From Patescibacteria group bacterium (GTDB lineage Bacteria; Patescibacteriota; Minisyncoccia; Phycocordibacterales; PALSA-1337): 64,000 nt of DNA. The stretch covers positions 138,369 through 202,368 of the forward strand of contig JAZKBV010000001.1 of the NCBI GenBank assembly GCA_040388415.1. Direction: 5' to 3'. Of the stretch, positions 27,859 to 38,100 are shown one piece after another; within the stretch, counting starts at the first letter, position 1; every line of letters starts with the position of its first letter. The notes below the pieces were generated by a model. The model saw nothing but the letters and a program-made list of their open reading frames with translations. It did no database searches and was not told the DNA's origin. The translations under genes and the position numbers were made by a program.

Positions 27859-28848
27859 ATGAATCATCTCATCCGAGTCGGGGTGCTCCGCGGAGGACCA
27901 AGCAGCGAGTATGACATCTCGCTCCAAACTGGCGGTAATGTCCTCAAATCGCTTCGTGAAAAGCTTTCTGATAAGTATCATGCATATGACATTTTGATTG
28001 ATAAGAAAGGTGGCTGGCATATTGATGGCATGCCTGTCATGCCAGTCGATCTCGCCACGCGCCTCGATGTTGCATTCAATGCGCTTCATGGTGCATACGG
28101 CGAGGATGGCACCGTCCAGCACCTCCTCGAAGTCTATGGAATCCCATTTACTGGCTCGAAGGCTTTGCCCTCAGCAGTTGGCATGAATAAAGTGCTATCA
28201 CGAAAGACATTCGAGGACCACGGCATCAAAGTGCCTGTCGGTAGACAGATCCTTTCAAATGATATTCGTGATGATGCGCCAGCAGTTGCCCAAGAGCTAT
28301 TCCACTCATTCCCGATACCAGCATTTGTTAAGCCGGTTTCCGGAGGTTCGTCAGTTGGCATGTCAGTCGTGCGCAACCAGTCTGAGTTGATCGATGCATT
28401 AAGAAAAGCTGCTGATCATGATGTTGCTGTTCTTATTGAGGAATATATATCAGGCACTGAAACAACAGTCGGTGTTATCGAAGGATTCAGAAATGAACTC
28501 ATGTATACGCTGCCAGCCGTGGAGATCCGCCCGTACTCCACCTTCTTTGATTATAAGGCGAAATATGAAGGTCTATCAGAAGAGATCGTGCCGGCGCGGC
28601 TACCGCATAAAGTAAAAGAGCAGCTGGCCATTCTTGCGCAAAAAGCTCATCAAGCGCTCGGGCTGAGACATTACTCCCGATCTGATTTTATCATCCACCC
28701 TCGTCGTGGCATCTACATGCTCGAGACCAATACCTTGCCTGGTTTGACTGATGAGTCATTGATCCCCAAAGCACTGCGCTCGGTCGGTAGTGATACGCAT
28801 GAGCTGGTCGATCATTTGATACGACGGGCGCTGAACGATTTAAAATAA
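27859..28848 (+). CDS. ddl: D-alanine--D-alanine ligase
   Basis: GGPSSEYDISL, LHGAYGEDG, GSSVG, FDYKAKY, LETNTLPGLT. Confidence 0.97.
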   Translation: MNHLIRVGVLRGGPSSEYDISLQTGGNVLKSLREKLSDKYHAYDILIDKKGGWHIDGMPVMPVDLATRLDVAFNALHGAYGEDGTVQHLLEVYGIPFTGSKALPSAVGMNKVLSRKTFEDHGIKVPVGRQILSNDIRDDAPAVAQELFHSFPIPAFVKPVSGGSSVGMSVVRNQSELIDALRKAADHDVAVLIEEYISGTETTVGVIEGFRNELMYTLPAVEIRPYSTFFDYKAKYEGLSEEIVPARLPHKVKEQLAILAQKAHQALGLRHYSRSDFIIHPRRGIYMLETNTLPGLTDESLIPKALRSVGSDTHELVDHLIRRALNDLK

Positions 28849-28877
28849 ACCGCCATATCGGCGGTTTATTTTATTAT

Positions 28878-28964
28878 CTATTTTTCAGCGCACCCGCAAT
28901 CGCAGGTGCCGTCAGGTTTCTTGTGTTCGTGTCCGCATGCAGAACAAACTTTTGCTTCAGTCAT
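28878..28964 (-). CDS. 28-aa Cys/His-rich micropeptide (metal-binding, metallothionein-like)
   Basis: MTEAKVCSACGHEHKKPDGTCDCGCAEK*; TGATATAAT upstream (29011-29019), terminator 28847-28868 downstream. Confidence 0.7.
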   Translation of the reverse strand: MTEAKVCSACGHEHKKPDGTCDCGCAEK

Positions 28965-29035
28965 AATTATTTGTAAATAAATTAATGCTGATAAAACCGA
29001 CCAGACATCTATTATATCATTTTCCTATTTTTCTG

Positions 29036-29108
29036 TGGACCCGAGAGGAATCGAACCTCCGACCTTTGCTTTGCAAAAGCACTGCTCTACCAACTGAGCT
29101 ACGGGCCC
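29036..29108 (-). tRNA. tRNA-Ala(UGC)
   Basis: GGGCCCG-TA-GCTC..GAGC..anticodon loop TTTGCAA..GGTTCGATTCC..CGGGTCC-A; G3:U70 Ala identity pair; CCA not encoded. Confidence 0.96.
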
Positions 29109-29204
29109 ATATAACGTCTTTATGGTGACGACCAATACTTTATCATAATTTGAAAAATATACAATACGATGCTATTCTTACTCTCCCAATCTTTACATTT
29201 CATT

Positions 29205-29387
29205 ATGTCATTTATCTTTTCTACGCTATTTGAAGCATTCAAGGAGATCGTCTCTGCTTTTTTTGAGTTTATCCCTAAAGTGCTCCATGTCTGCCTTTGG
29301 GCTATCACTGGAGTAATCATCTTGCCATGCGTCTTTGTAGCAAATCACTTTTTTCCTAAATGGGTCAAGTGGGGAGAGGATTTTTAA
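29205..29387 (+). CDS. Small hypothetical membrane protein
   Basis: 60-aa hydrophobic ORF. Confidence 0.65.
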   Translation: MSFIFSTLFEAFKEIVSAFFEFIPKVLHVCLWAITGVIILPCVFVANHFFPKWVKWGEDF

Positions 29388-29417
29388 AATTAGGTAAATG
29401 AGGCTATAATAGTCCGC

Positions 29418-30872
29418 ATGAATGCTAAATCAGTCGAACTTGACGGCCTGCCACTCCAGCCAACCATTTTCATAATCTTCGGTATTACGGGTGATCTTGC
29501 ATCACGCAAGCTCCTTCCTGCGCTGCTTGGTCTGTATACCAAAAAAATGTTGCCAAAGCGCTTCGCTATCATCGGGATCACTCGCCGTACTTTTTCTCGT
29601 GAAGAGTTTCGTGAATCGATTCGTTCACACATGCATATCAAGCAGGGTCAATTCAAAGAAGAAGACGTAAAGCATTTTCTTGATCATTTTTCATACGAAC
29701 AAGGTATGTTCGATGATCCGCTCTTGTACTCAAATCTCGGCAAGTCCATAAAAGCAATCGATGATCGTTGGGGCCAGTGTAGTAACAAACTTTTCCATCT
29801 CTCCGTTCCACCGACTCTCTATGAAGGCATTTTGACCAATGTCGCCGATTCTGCTCTCAACAAGCCGTGTGATGATGGTACCGGTTGGACACGCATACTC
29901 ATTGAAAAACCTTTTGGTAATGATACGCACACTGCTCAGTCACTCGATAAGCTTCTCGGCAAGCTCTTTGATGAAGAGCAGATATTCCGCATCGACCATT
30001 ATCTCGCCAAGGAATCATTGCAAAATATCACCGCCTTCCGCTTTGCCAATGCAATGTTCGAGCCCTTGTGGCATCGTGAATATATCGACAAGGTTCATAT
30101 CAAGCTTTTTGAAAAAGTAAGCGTCGAAGGCCGTGGCCAGTTCTATGACAATGTTGGCGCACTCAAAGACGTCGGTCAAAACCACATGCTCGCCATGCTG
30201 GCTCTCATCGCCATGGATGAGCCAAAGTCATTTGAAGTAGACATGATCCGTAAAGAGCGCGCGCGCGTATTGAACAGCCTCGTACCAATCACTTCTCGCT
30301 CGCTTGAAAAGTTCGTAGTTCGCGGTCAATACGAAGGGTATACAGCTGAGCCGGGCGTCGCGGCAGACTCTGATACAGAGACGTATTTCCGCATCGAGTC
30401 GCGCATCAAGTCGCCTCGCTGGAAAGGCGTGCCATTCTATATGGAATCAGGCAAAGCCTTTGCCGATGCGCGCACTGAGATCGATATCTATTTCAAAGCA
30501 TCTTCATGCAAACTACAAAATGCACGTGCATTCCATGGCGATGAGCCGAAGTGCATCGAAAAGCAAAATGTGCTGACATTCAGGATACAGCCTGATGAAG
30601 GCATCAAAGTGCGTTTTTTCGTCAAGACACCGGGGTATTCTATGGCGACTGAGCCAAAGATGCTCAAATTCAAGTATGCAGATACGCTGGCACATCCCGA
30701 TGCGCTCGGCGACTATGAGCGTTTGATACATGATGCGTTCGTCGGAGATCAGACTTTGTTCGCTTCGACTGATGAGATCATGGCCTCATGGAAGTATGTC
30801 ATGCCGATATTGGATAAGTGGGGCGAGTTGCCGTTGAAGACTTATAAGAAAGGGGTAAATGAAGTTGAATAA
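29418..30872 (+). CDS. zwf: Glucose-6-phosphate 1-dehydrogenase
   Basis: FGITGDLASRKL, IEKPFG, RIDHYLAKE, RWKGVPFY. Confidence 0.97.
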   Translation: MNAKSVELDGLPLQPTIFIIFGITGDLASRKLLPALLGLYTKKMLPKRFAIIGITRRTFSREEFRESIRSHMHIKQGQFKEEDVKHFLDHFSYEQGMFDDPLLYSNLGKSIKAIDDRWGQCSNKLFHLSVPPTLYEGILTNVADSALNKPCDDGTGWTRILIEKPFGNDTHTAQSLDKLLGKLFDEEQIFRIDHYLAKESLQNITAFRFANAMFEPLWHREYIDKVHIKLFEKVSVEGRGQFYDNVGALKDVGQNHMLAMLALIAMDEPKSFEVDMIRKERARVLNSLVPITSRSLEKFVVRGQYEGYTAEPGVAADSDTETYFRIESRIKSPRWKGVPFYMESGKAFADARTEIDIYFKASSCKLQNARAFHGDEPKCIEKQNVLTFRIQPDEGIKVRFFVKTPGYSMATEPKMLKFKYADTLAHPDALGDYERLIHDAFVGDQTLFASTDEIMASWKYVMPILDKWGELPLKTYKKGVNEVE

Positions 30873-30884
30873 TAATTTTAAACG

Positions 30885-31106
30885 ATGAATTTTTTCATGA
30901 AAGCGCTGCTCAAGAAGCAGTTGAAAGGGGTGCCGGAAGCGGAGATCGAGAAGTTTGTGGCTATGGTTGAGCAGAATCCTGATTTCTTCAAGCAGATCGC
31001 CGAAGAGGCGCAGGTCAAGATCAAGGCTGGTATGGGTCAGCAAGAAGCGGTTATGGCGGTATTGCAGGATAAGCAGGAGGAGCTTGCGAAGGTTGTGGGG
31101 AAGTAG
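30885..31106 (+). CDS. Small helical hypothetical protein
   Basis: 73-aa ORF after zwf, followed by hairpin CCCGCGCTTC/GAAGCGCGGG. Confidence 0.75.
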   Translation: MNFFMKALLKKQLKGVPEAEIEKFVAMVEQNPDFFKQIAEEAQVKIKAGMGQQEAVMAVLQDKQEELAKVVGK

Positions 31107-31159
31107 GGTAATAAAACACCCGCGCTTCTTTCGAAGCGCGGGTTTGTTGTTGACTGAAA

Positions 31160-31738
31160 TTACTTGGTGAACTTGGTATGGGGCAAGTCGTTGTATTGTT
31201 CACTGAAATCAACGTCCGGAATCGCCAGAACTTCGGCTTGAAATCCAGCGTAGTATGCTGATAAACGAGCTCGCTCAAAAACAGCTTGCACGTCGCATAC
31301 ATACCAGAGTGAATAATGTAGCGATTCTTGTGCTGAGACGTATCTCATGACCTCATCTGTGGTCCCTCGTGGCATCGCTTCGATCTTGACCTTTTCTTTC
31401 TGATAGTTGGCTATTTTTTCTTCAGCCCGTTTTTTCCGATAGAGAAGGGCCTCTACGATTTTGGGGCGAAGTTCGATTCTCGCTCCCAATTTGTCCGGCA
31501 TGCTGTATCCGTATAAAACACGGAAATCGTGATAGAAGGTGAATGTGCGGTAGCTGCTCCATATAAGTCCAGGGAGATTGCACGCAAAACCCAGGCAGAT
31601 AAGGATCAACACGAGGTTTCGTATGAATCCATTTTTGTATCTCAGTGCAATGAATGCTCCACAGACAATGAGTAAGAACATGGCTGCGCATGATAGCACC
31701 AGGAGCAGTTTGACCGTCTCGACAGTTTGAAGTTGCAT
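31160..31738 (-). CDS. Hypothetical 2-TM orphan protein
   Basis: SD GGAGG; promoter TTGACA-17-TATAGT at 31818-31846. Confidence 0.7.
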   Translation of the reverse strand: MQLQTVETVKLLLVLSCAAMFLLIVCGAFIALRYKNGFIRNLVLILICLGFACNLPGLIWSSYRTFTFYHDFRVLYGYSMPDKLGARIELRPKIVEALLYRKKRAEEKIANYQKEKVKIEAMPRGTTDEVMRYVSAQESLHYSLWYVCDVQAVFERARLSAYYAGFQAEVLAIPDVDFSEQYNDLPHTKFTK

Positions 31739-31960
31739 ATTCCTCCGTATGTATGTTGGTTAGACGTTGTTGTACAGACTCTGGCACCACACCAAAATCA
31801 GTTCTAGTATTTGTCCAACTATACGTATGTGTGCGTATCGTGTCAATAATGTCCTATAGTCAGTCTCTTTAAATGCGTAAATTGAGTTAAATTAAGTTAT
31901 TTTGACTAACTTCTACATTAGTGGTAACGTGTTTTTAGCTGTTCTACAAAAGGATTCCTT

Positions 31961-32800
31961 ATGTTCTATTATTCCTGCACCAGGCGAAATGGCATCGCCT
32001 ATCTGCTTTGGAGATGGCTTCTAAAAAACAACGGAGCTTTCCAAGCTGATCTCGATGCCTGGTATTTCGGTCCAAGTCGCGGCATGAATGACTACGAGTC
32101 GCTTGCCAAGAACTACAAAAAGTCCGACGTAAAGCCGGACAAGCAGTATTCGATACTGCCCACGGTCCTCGATATGGTCGGGGATTGCACGGGGAAGAGA
32201 ATTATCGACGTAGGCTGTGGCTCAGGTTTCTTTACTGTGCCGCTCGCCGAACAAGGTGCGTTACGCGTCTATGGAATTGATAACTCCGAAGCTCAGCTCA
32301 AACTGGCTTCAGAAGTATCTAATCGTCCAGCGGTTACGTATGCCTTGCGTGATATTTTTACTACCTCGATCGCTCCTCAGTTTGACGTCATTGTCGTTCC
32401 ATTCGTCGCCAACTACGCGCGCTCAACTCCGATCCTGCAGCATTTGTTTCAACGATTGCACGGTGGTTTGAGCGACGGAGGTAAAGTCGTGTTTGTCTTC
32501 GATCTGCCAAACGGCAAAAGCTTGCAGAAGTTTGGAGCGACCAAGATGTTTCTCGGTCCACGTGCTGATGAGACGCCAATCGAGATTAATCTGTTTAAGG
32601 AGAACAAGAATATCTGCACTCTCACATGCATGTATTACACTCCTGAAACAATCGAACGATTGCTCCGAACTGCCGGCTTTACGAATATCAATTGGCACAA
32701 GCCAATCGTCTCTCTGGAGGGAATATCTGCTATGGGTGCTGAATTCTGGGACGGCTACACAGACGATCCAGAGCTCGGCTACCTTACGGCGGAGAAGTAA
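31961..32800 (+). CDS. Class I SAM-dependent methyltransferase
   Basis: IIDVGCGSG, GIDNS; SD AAGGA; promoter TTGACT-17-TAACGT at 31902-31930. Confidence 0.88.
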   Translation: MFYYSCTRRNGIAYLLWRWLLKNNGAFQADLDAWYFGPSRGMNDYESLAKNYKKSDVKPDKQYSILPTVLDMVGDCTGKRIIDVGCGSGFFTVPLAEQGALRVYGIDNSEAQLKLASEVSNRPAVTYALRDIFTTSIAPQFDVIVVPFVANYARSTPILQHLFQRLHGGLSDGGKVVFVFDLPNGKSLQKFGATKMFLGPRADETPIEINLFKENKNICTLTCMYYTPETIERLLRTAGFTNINWHKPIVSLEGISAMGAEFWDGYTDDPELGYLTAEK

Positions 32801-32876
32801 CTCTAGTTTGATTCACAATCGCAGCGCTTCGGTGCCGCGATTTTTTTATTGCAAATATTAGTGATATAGTAAATCA

Positions 32877-33407
32877 ATGATTGAATCAGAAAAAAATTTC
32901 ATAGCAAAACCAGAAAAGCCACCTGTCTTATTTCATGCAAGTAGAAGTCCAGACATTAAAGTTTTTGAGCCACGAGCGGAAAAAGTAAGAAATAGTAACG
33001 AAGGTCCAAAAGTGTTTGCTACTCCGAGTCGAGCAATGGCCAGTATTTTTCTAGTTGAAAATGATGATAGTTGGACACAGTCTGGAACAATAGAAGATGT
33101 TCCGTACATTGTTATTTCAGATAAAGAAAGATTCCTGAATCTGGATAAAGGCGGTCTCGTCTATTCTTTACCAAGTGATACTTTTGAAAATAATCCCGAA
33201 GAGGGTTTGGGTGATCTTGAATGGACGAGTGATAAGAAAGTCGTGCCAATTGGGCAGGAATTTGTTCCGTCTGCTCTGATTGATATGATTAAAAATGGAG
33301 TGAAAGTATATTTTGTGAATGAATCACAGTTCCATGAAATTCAAAATGCTTCTGATCAAGGCAGATCAATTATTGATAGTCTTACGCCAGAGCAATTCGC
33401 TTCCTAA
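32877..33407 (+). CDS. Hypothetical protein, possible ADP-ribosyltransferase-like fold
   Basis: LFHAS..FEPR..VFATP..GLVY..EW pattern. Confidence 0.55.
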   Translation: MIESEKNFIAKPEKPPVLFHASRSPDIKVFEPRAEKVRNSNEGPKVFATPSRAMASIFLVENDDSWTQSGTIEDVPYIVISDKERFLNLDKGGLVYSLPSDTFENNPEEGLGDLEWTSDKKVVPIGQEFVPSALIDMIKNGVKVYFVNESQFHEIQNASDQGRSIIDSLTPEQFAS

Positions 33408-33437
33408 AATCCCTCAAGTAAGCTATATTTCTATTCT

Positions 33438-34553
33438 ATGTCACTATCCATCGGCATCGTCGGCTTACCAAACGTCGGCAAATCAACTCTATTCAACGCT
33501 CTCACCAAAAAGAGCGTCCTTGTCGCTAACTATCCTTTTGCGACGATCGACCCTTCTGTGGGCGTCGTGGCGGTTCCTGATGAGCGCCTCTACAAGCTCG
33601 CTGAGTTTTCAAAGACCCAAAAGACAGTTCCTGCCATCGTTGAGTTCGTAGACATCGCTGGTCTGGTCAAAGGTGCATCAGCTGGCGAAGGTCTCGGCAA
33701 CCAGTTCCTCACCAACATCCGCGAAACTGACGCTATCGCTGAAGTCGTGCGCATATTCGAAGACGACAATATCATCCACGTTGACGGTAAGATCAACCCA
33801 CTCAAAGATATCGAAGTCATCAACCTCGAGCTCATCCTCGCTGATATGCAAACAGTCTCAAAGCGCCTCGCCAATCTCAACAGGGAAGTGAAGTCAGGAA
33901 AAAAGGAAGCTATCATCGAAGCGGGCATTCTCGCCAAAGTTCAGGTTGCTCTCGAAGCGGGCAAGCTTGCAGGTACTGTTCCTGCAGATGAATTCGAAGC
34001 ACCTTTCCTCAAAGGCATGCATCTCCTCACGGTCAAGAAGTTTTTGTATGTATTAAATAAAAAGACGGGTGGTACGAACCTCGATGAAATGAAAGATGCC
34101 AGTGGCAATCCCGATCCTCGCTGGACAGCGCTATTGAATTTCTTTAAAGAAGTCGGTGCAGGCTATGTCGTCGTCGATGCAGGCACTGAGCATGATCTCA
34201 AAGATATGACTGATGAAGAAAAAGCAGAGATGCGCACCGGTCTTGGTGGCCTCGACAACGGCATCGATACGCTCATCAAGAAAGGATATCAGTTGCTTGA
34301 TCTCATTACCTATTTTACGACAGGAGAAAAAGAGACTCGCGCCTGGACCATCGGTCGCGGTTGGACCGCACCTCTCGCCGGCACTGCTATCCATACCGAT
34401 TTCAAAGATAAGTTCATCCGCGCTGAAGTGATCGAATGGGACAAGCTCATCGAGTCAGGCTCATTTGGCGTCGCTCGCGAAAAGGGCTTGCTTCGCACTG
34501 AGGGGAAGGAGTATGTGGTCAAGGACGGTGACGTGATGGAGTTTAAGATTTAG
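33438..34553 (+). CDS. ychF: Redox-regulated ATPase YchF
   Basis: GIVGLPNVGKSTLFN, DIAGLVKGAS.GEGLGN, TGS domain EGKEYVVKDGD. Confidence 0.98.
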   Translation: MSLSIGIVGLPNVGKSTLFNALTKKSVLVANYPFATIDPSVGVVAVPDERLYKLAEFSKTQKTVPAIVEFVDIAGLVKGASAGEGLGNQFLTNIRETDAIAEVVRIFEDDNIIHVDGKINPLKDIEVINLELILADMQTVSKRLANLNREVKSGKKEAIIEAGILAKVQVALEAGKLAGTVPADEFEAPFLKGMHLLTVKKFLYVLNKKTGGTNLDEMKDASGNPDPRWTALLNFFKEVGAGYVVVDAGTEHDLKDMTDEEKAEMRTGLGGLDNGIDTLIKKGYQLLDLITYFTTGEKETRAWTIGRGWTAPLAGTAIHTDFKDKFIRAEVIEWDKLIESGSFGVAREKGLLRTEGKEYVVKDGDVMEFKI

Positions 34554-34613
34554 GTAAAAGAAAAGCGGCCAGGTTATGGTCGCTTTTGCGTTTGGTGTGA
34601 CGTGCGCAGTCAT

Positions 34614-34829
34614 TCAGGCGAGCATGGCATTTTTCTCTGCCAACAACTTGACGTTGTCGCCGACCAATGTTGTATCATGAATGTTTCCTGTAGGGGACTC
34701 GAAGATGACCTGTTTTTCCTCTGGACGTGAGGTCGGACGCGTATAGAGCACGTGCCAACGACCGATTCCGTCTTCGGCTTGAACGAGATCACCCTTTCCT
34801 AATCCGAAGTATTCTTCTTTAGAGATCAT
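34614..34829 (-). CDS. Small hypothetical orphan protein
   Basis: Start MISKEEY with SD GAAAGGA; terminator at 34561-34587. Confidence 0.6.
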   Translation of the reverse strand: MISKEEYFGLGKGDLVQAEDGIGRWHVLYTRPTSRPEEKQVIFESPTGNIHDTTLVGDNVKLLAEKNAMLA

Positions 34830-34973
34830 AGAGCTAGGTTCCTTTCGAGTTAAAATATGCCACAAGACACCTTTTGGGTCAAACTTTTGACATGTACTTT
34901 GATGTATTATCTAAATTGACATTGGTAACAAATTGTGGTAGTATGAATATTAAAACTGCCCCTTCCAAAATCT

Positions 34974-35120
34974 ATGAAAAGACTATTCGATCATGCCGAA
35001 GTTCAGGAACTCCTTGTATATGAGACCAAAAAATTTAGTTGGGCTCACTGGACTATGCTCTTCCCAATCCTCGGACCCATCGTCATCATTGTTTACTATA
35101 TGTTGACTGGTCCAAAGTAA
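34974..35120 (+). CDS. 48-aa membrane micro-protein (PLDc_N-like motif; absent from ORF track)
   Basis: MKRLFDHAEVQELLVYETKKFSWAHWTMLFPILGPIVIIVYYMLTGPK*; promoter TTGACA-17-TAGTAT; terminator 35133-35163. Confidence 0.65.
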   Translation: MKRLFDHAEVQELLVYETKKFSWAHWTMLFPILGPIVIIVYYMLTGPK

Positions 35121-35192
35121 GTGTCTTTCACCAAGCCGTCTCTACCAAGAGACGGCTTTTTTTATACAGACTTTTGAGCTATGATTATCCCC

Positions 35193-38100
35193 ATGAATAA
35201 AGACGCGAAATACGATCCGGCCAAGATAGAAAAGAAATGGCAGAAGAAGTGGACCAAGGATAAGCTCTATCAGTCAAAAGAAGACCCAAAGAAAGAAAAA
35301 TTCTTTGTGCTCGACATGTTTCCATATCCGTCTGGTGAAGGACTGCACGTCGGCCACCCAAAGGGTTATATCGCCACCGATATCATCTCTCGTTTTCAGC
35401 GCATGCACGGCAAGTCTGTCTTGCACCCGATGGGCTTTGATGCCTTCGGTTTGCCTGCTGAGAACTATGCCATCAAGATGAAAAAGAATCCGATGGATTT
35501 GACTGAGGTGAATGTGAATAGGTTTAAAGAACAATTAGAGATCATTGGTCTTGACTATGATTGGTCACGTGAGGTCAATACAACTGATCCTGCATATTAC
35601 ACGTGGACGCAGTGGATCTTTTTGCAGTTGTATAAAAAAGGTTTGGCATACGAATCATTTGAGCCGATCAACTGGTGTCCTGTCGACAAGACCGGTTTGG
35701 CAAACGAGGATGTCGTCGATGGTCGTTGTGAACGTTGTGGAACGCTCGTGGAGAAGAGGCCGATGCGCCAGTGGGTCCTCAAGATTACTGATTATGCAGA
35801 TCGATTGTTGCAGGACTTGGATATGGTACGTGCGCCAGTGTTTACCAACACTGTTGGTTCAGATGCATTTCGTAAAGATATGCCAGTGAGCGAGCGTCAC
35901 GTTGTTCACTGTCTCATCAAGCATTGGAGCGAAGACAAATATTTGTGCATGAAGTGGAAGAAAAATGATTGGCGTGGTTTTGTCATCGGTGGTATCGAAG
36001 ATGGTGAGTCTGCCGAGACGACTGCTATCCGCGAAGTGATGGAAGAGACTGGGTATAAAAATGTTGTTTTCAAGAAAATCGTCGGCACGATGACTGCAGA
36101 GTTCTATCAGCAGATCAAAAAGGAAAATCGCCGTGCGTTCATTACAACTGTATATCTTGAACTTCAGAATGGCGAGCAAAGTGACGTGCCTCAACATGAA
36201 AAAGATATTCAAGATATGGAATGGGTGCCTGCTGCTCAGGTCCGTGATTTTGTGAACAGAGATGATCTCAAATATGAATGGGATGTCTTTACGGGTGCAG
36301 TAAAGCAGGCCCCGTTATTGGATTGGCCCGCATCTATCAAAGAAGCTCAGCGAAATTGGATCGGCAAATCAGAGGGTGCAGAAATAGAATTTACATTGAA
36401 GTTGGCAAATAATAAGCCTCGCTTTGTGCTGATTCATGGATATAAAGAAAGTCCACAAGAGGGATATCTCCCTTGGCTCAAAAAAGAACTCGAGAAGCGT
36501 GGTCATGAAGTGCAGGTTCCTGAATTGCCAAATCCTGCGAATCCAAAAGAGTCTGAGCAAGTAGACTATGTCATCAATAACTGCACTATCGATGAGAATA
36601 CGGTCATCGTTGCACATAGTCTCGGCGGTGTAGTTGCTCAAAAAGTTATTATGAAATTGAACAAGCAGATTTCAGGACTTGTTCTCGTTGGCAACGCAAT
36701 CACCCCAGGTTTTTCAAAAGATACAAAGTCGCGTCCATTCCACAAAAACTTCACCTGGGATTTTGACTATGCGCGCATCAACAAGCTCGCACAAGGAAGA
36801 GTCGCAGTTCTCTCTGATACAAAAGAGATTCATCGCAGTGCTTTTTTGAAAGATCTAGCGACAAAATTGTCAGCAGCTTTCATTGAAGTAGATGCAGTCA
36901 AAGAGCACTTCAATGGTTCAGAGGAGCCTGCAGTTTTGAAGTGTGTCACGCCGACAGTCAGTGTGTTCACCACACGTCCCGATACGATCTTTGGTGTTAC
37001 GTACATCGTCCTTGCTCCTGAACATCCATGGGTAAGTGAATTATTGCCACAGTTGGAGAATGGATCAGAAGTCGAAGCATACGTTGCGCAAGCTAAGCTT
37101 GCCACCGAGATCGAGCGCACTGATGCAAAGAAGGAAAAGACTGGTGTTGAGCTCAAGGGTATCAAGGCAACCAATCCAGCCAATGGCGAAGAAGTACCCG
37201 TATGGATCGCTGACTATGTTCTCGCAGACTACGGTACTGGCGTTGTCATGGCTGTGCCTGCGCATGATGAAAGAGACTTTGCTTTTGCAAAGAAGTTTGG
37301 GTTGGGAGTGAAGCAAGTTGTTGCTCCGCTTATTACTCGTACAGGCGATGAAGATGCATGGAGAGCACATGAACCAGAAGCTAAAAGACCGACTGTTGTG
37401 TGTATTGTTAAACATTGGTCAGATGATAAGTATCTTTTTATAAAGAAAAAAATTCTTGATAAAGCGGTTGTTGCGATTGCTGGCGGTATCGACGGGGAGG
37501 ACACTGTTCAGGCGGGTCAACGTGAGATTCGTGAAGAATCTGGGTATCTCAATACAAAGTTTGTGAGAGATTTGGGCACCCCCGTTTATTATCGATTTTA
37601 TTCAATTACCGGCAAACAGAATCGCATCTCTGAATTGAGGCCGCTTTATTTTGAATTGGTTGATGGTGAAAGAGAAGAGATGTCGGAAAATGAGAAGCAA
37701 CAGCATGAAGAACTATGGCTTTCAAAAGAGGAAATTGATCAATATCTGAAAGGAAGACTATTCAATCCTATTTTTTGGAATCGTCTCAATAATTCTCAGG
37801 AGGCATTTACTGAAGCTGGTATTGTCATCAATTCAGGAAAATTTGACGGTAAAGCATCTGATTCAGTCAAAAAAGACATCACCCTCTCAGTCGGCGGACA
37901 ATGGGTTTCAAAATATAAACTGCGCGACTGGGTTTTCTCACGCCAGCGCTATTGGGGAGAACCAATACCGCTCATTCATTGTAAGAAGTGCGGGGTAGTT
38001 GCTGTACCTGAAAAAGATCTGCCGGTGAAGCTACCAAAGGTGAAGTCATATGAGCCAACAGGCACGGGCGAATCTCCGCTCGCTGATATCCATAAATGGG

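Noticed and set aside
29036-29108. tRNA-Ala as an integration site
   Set aside because: No duplicated tRNA 3' end and no integrase were seen in the window.
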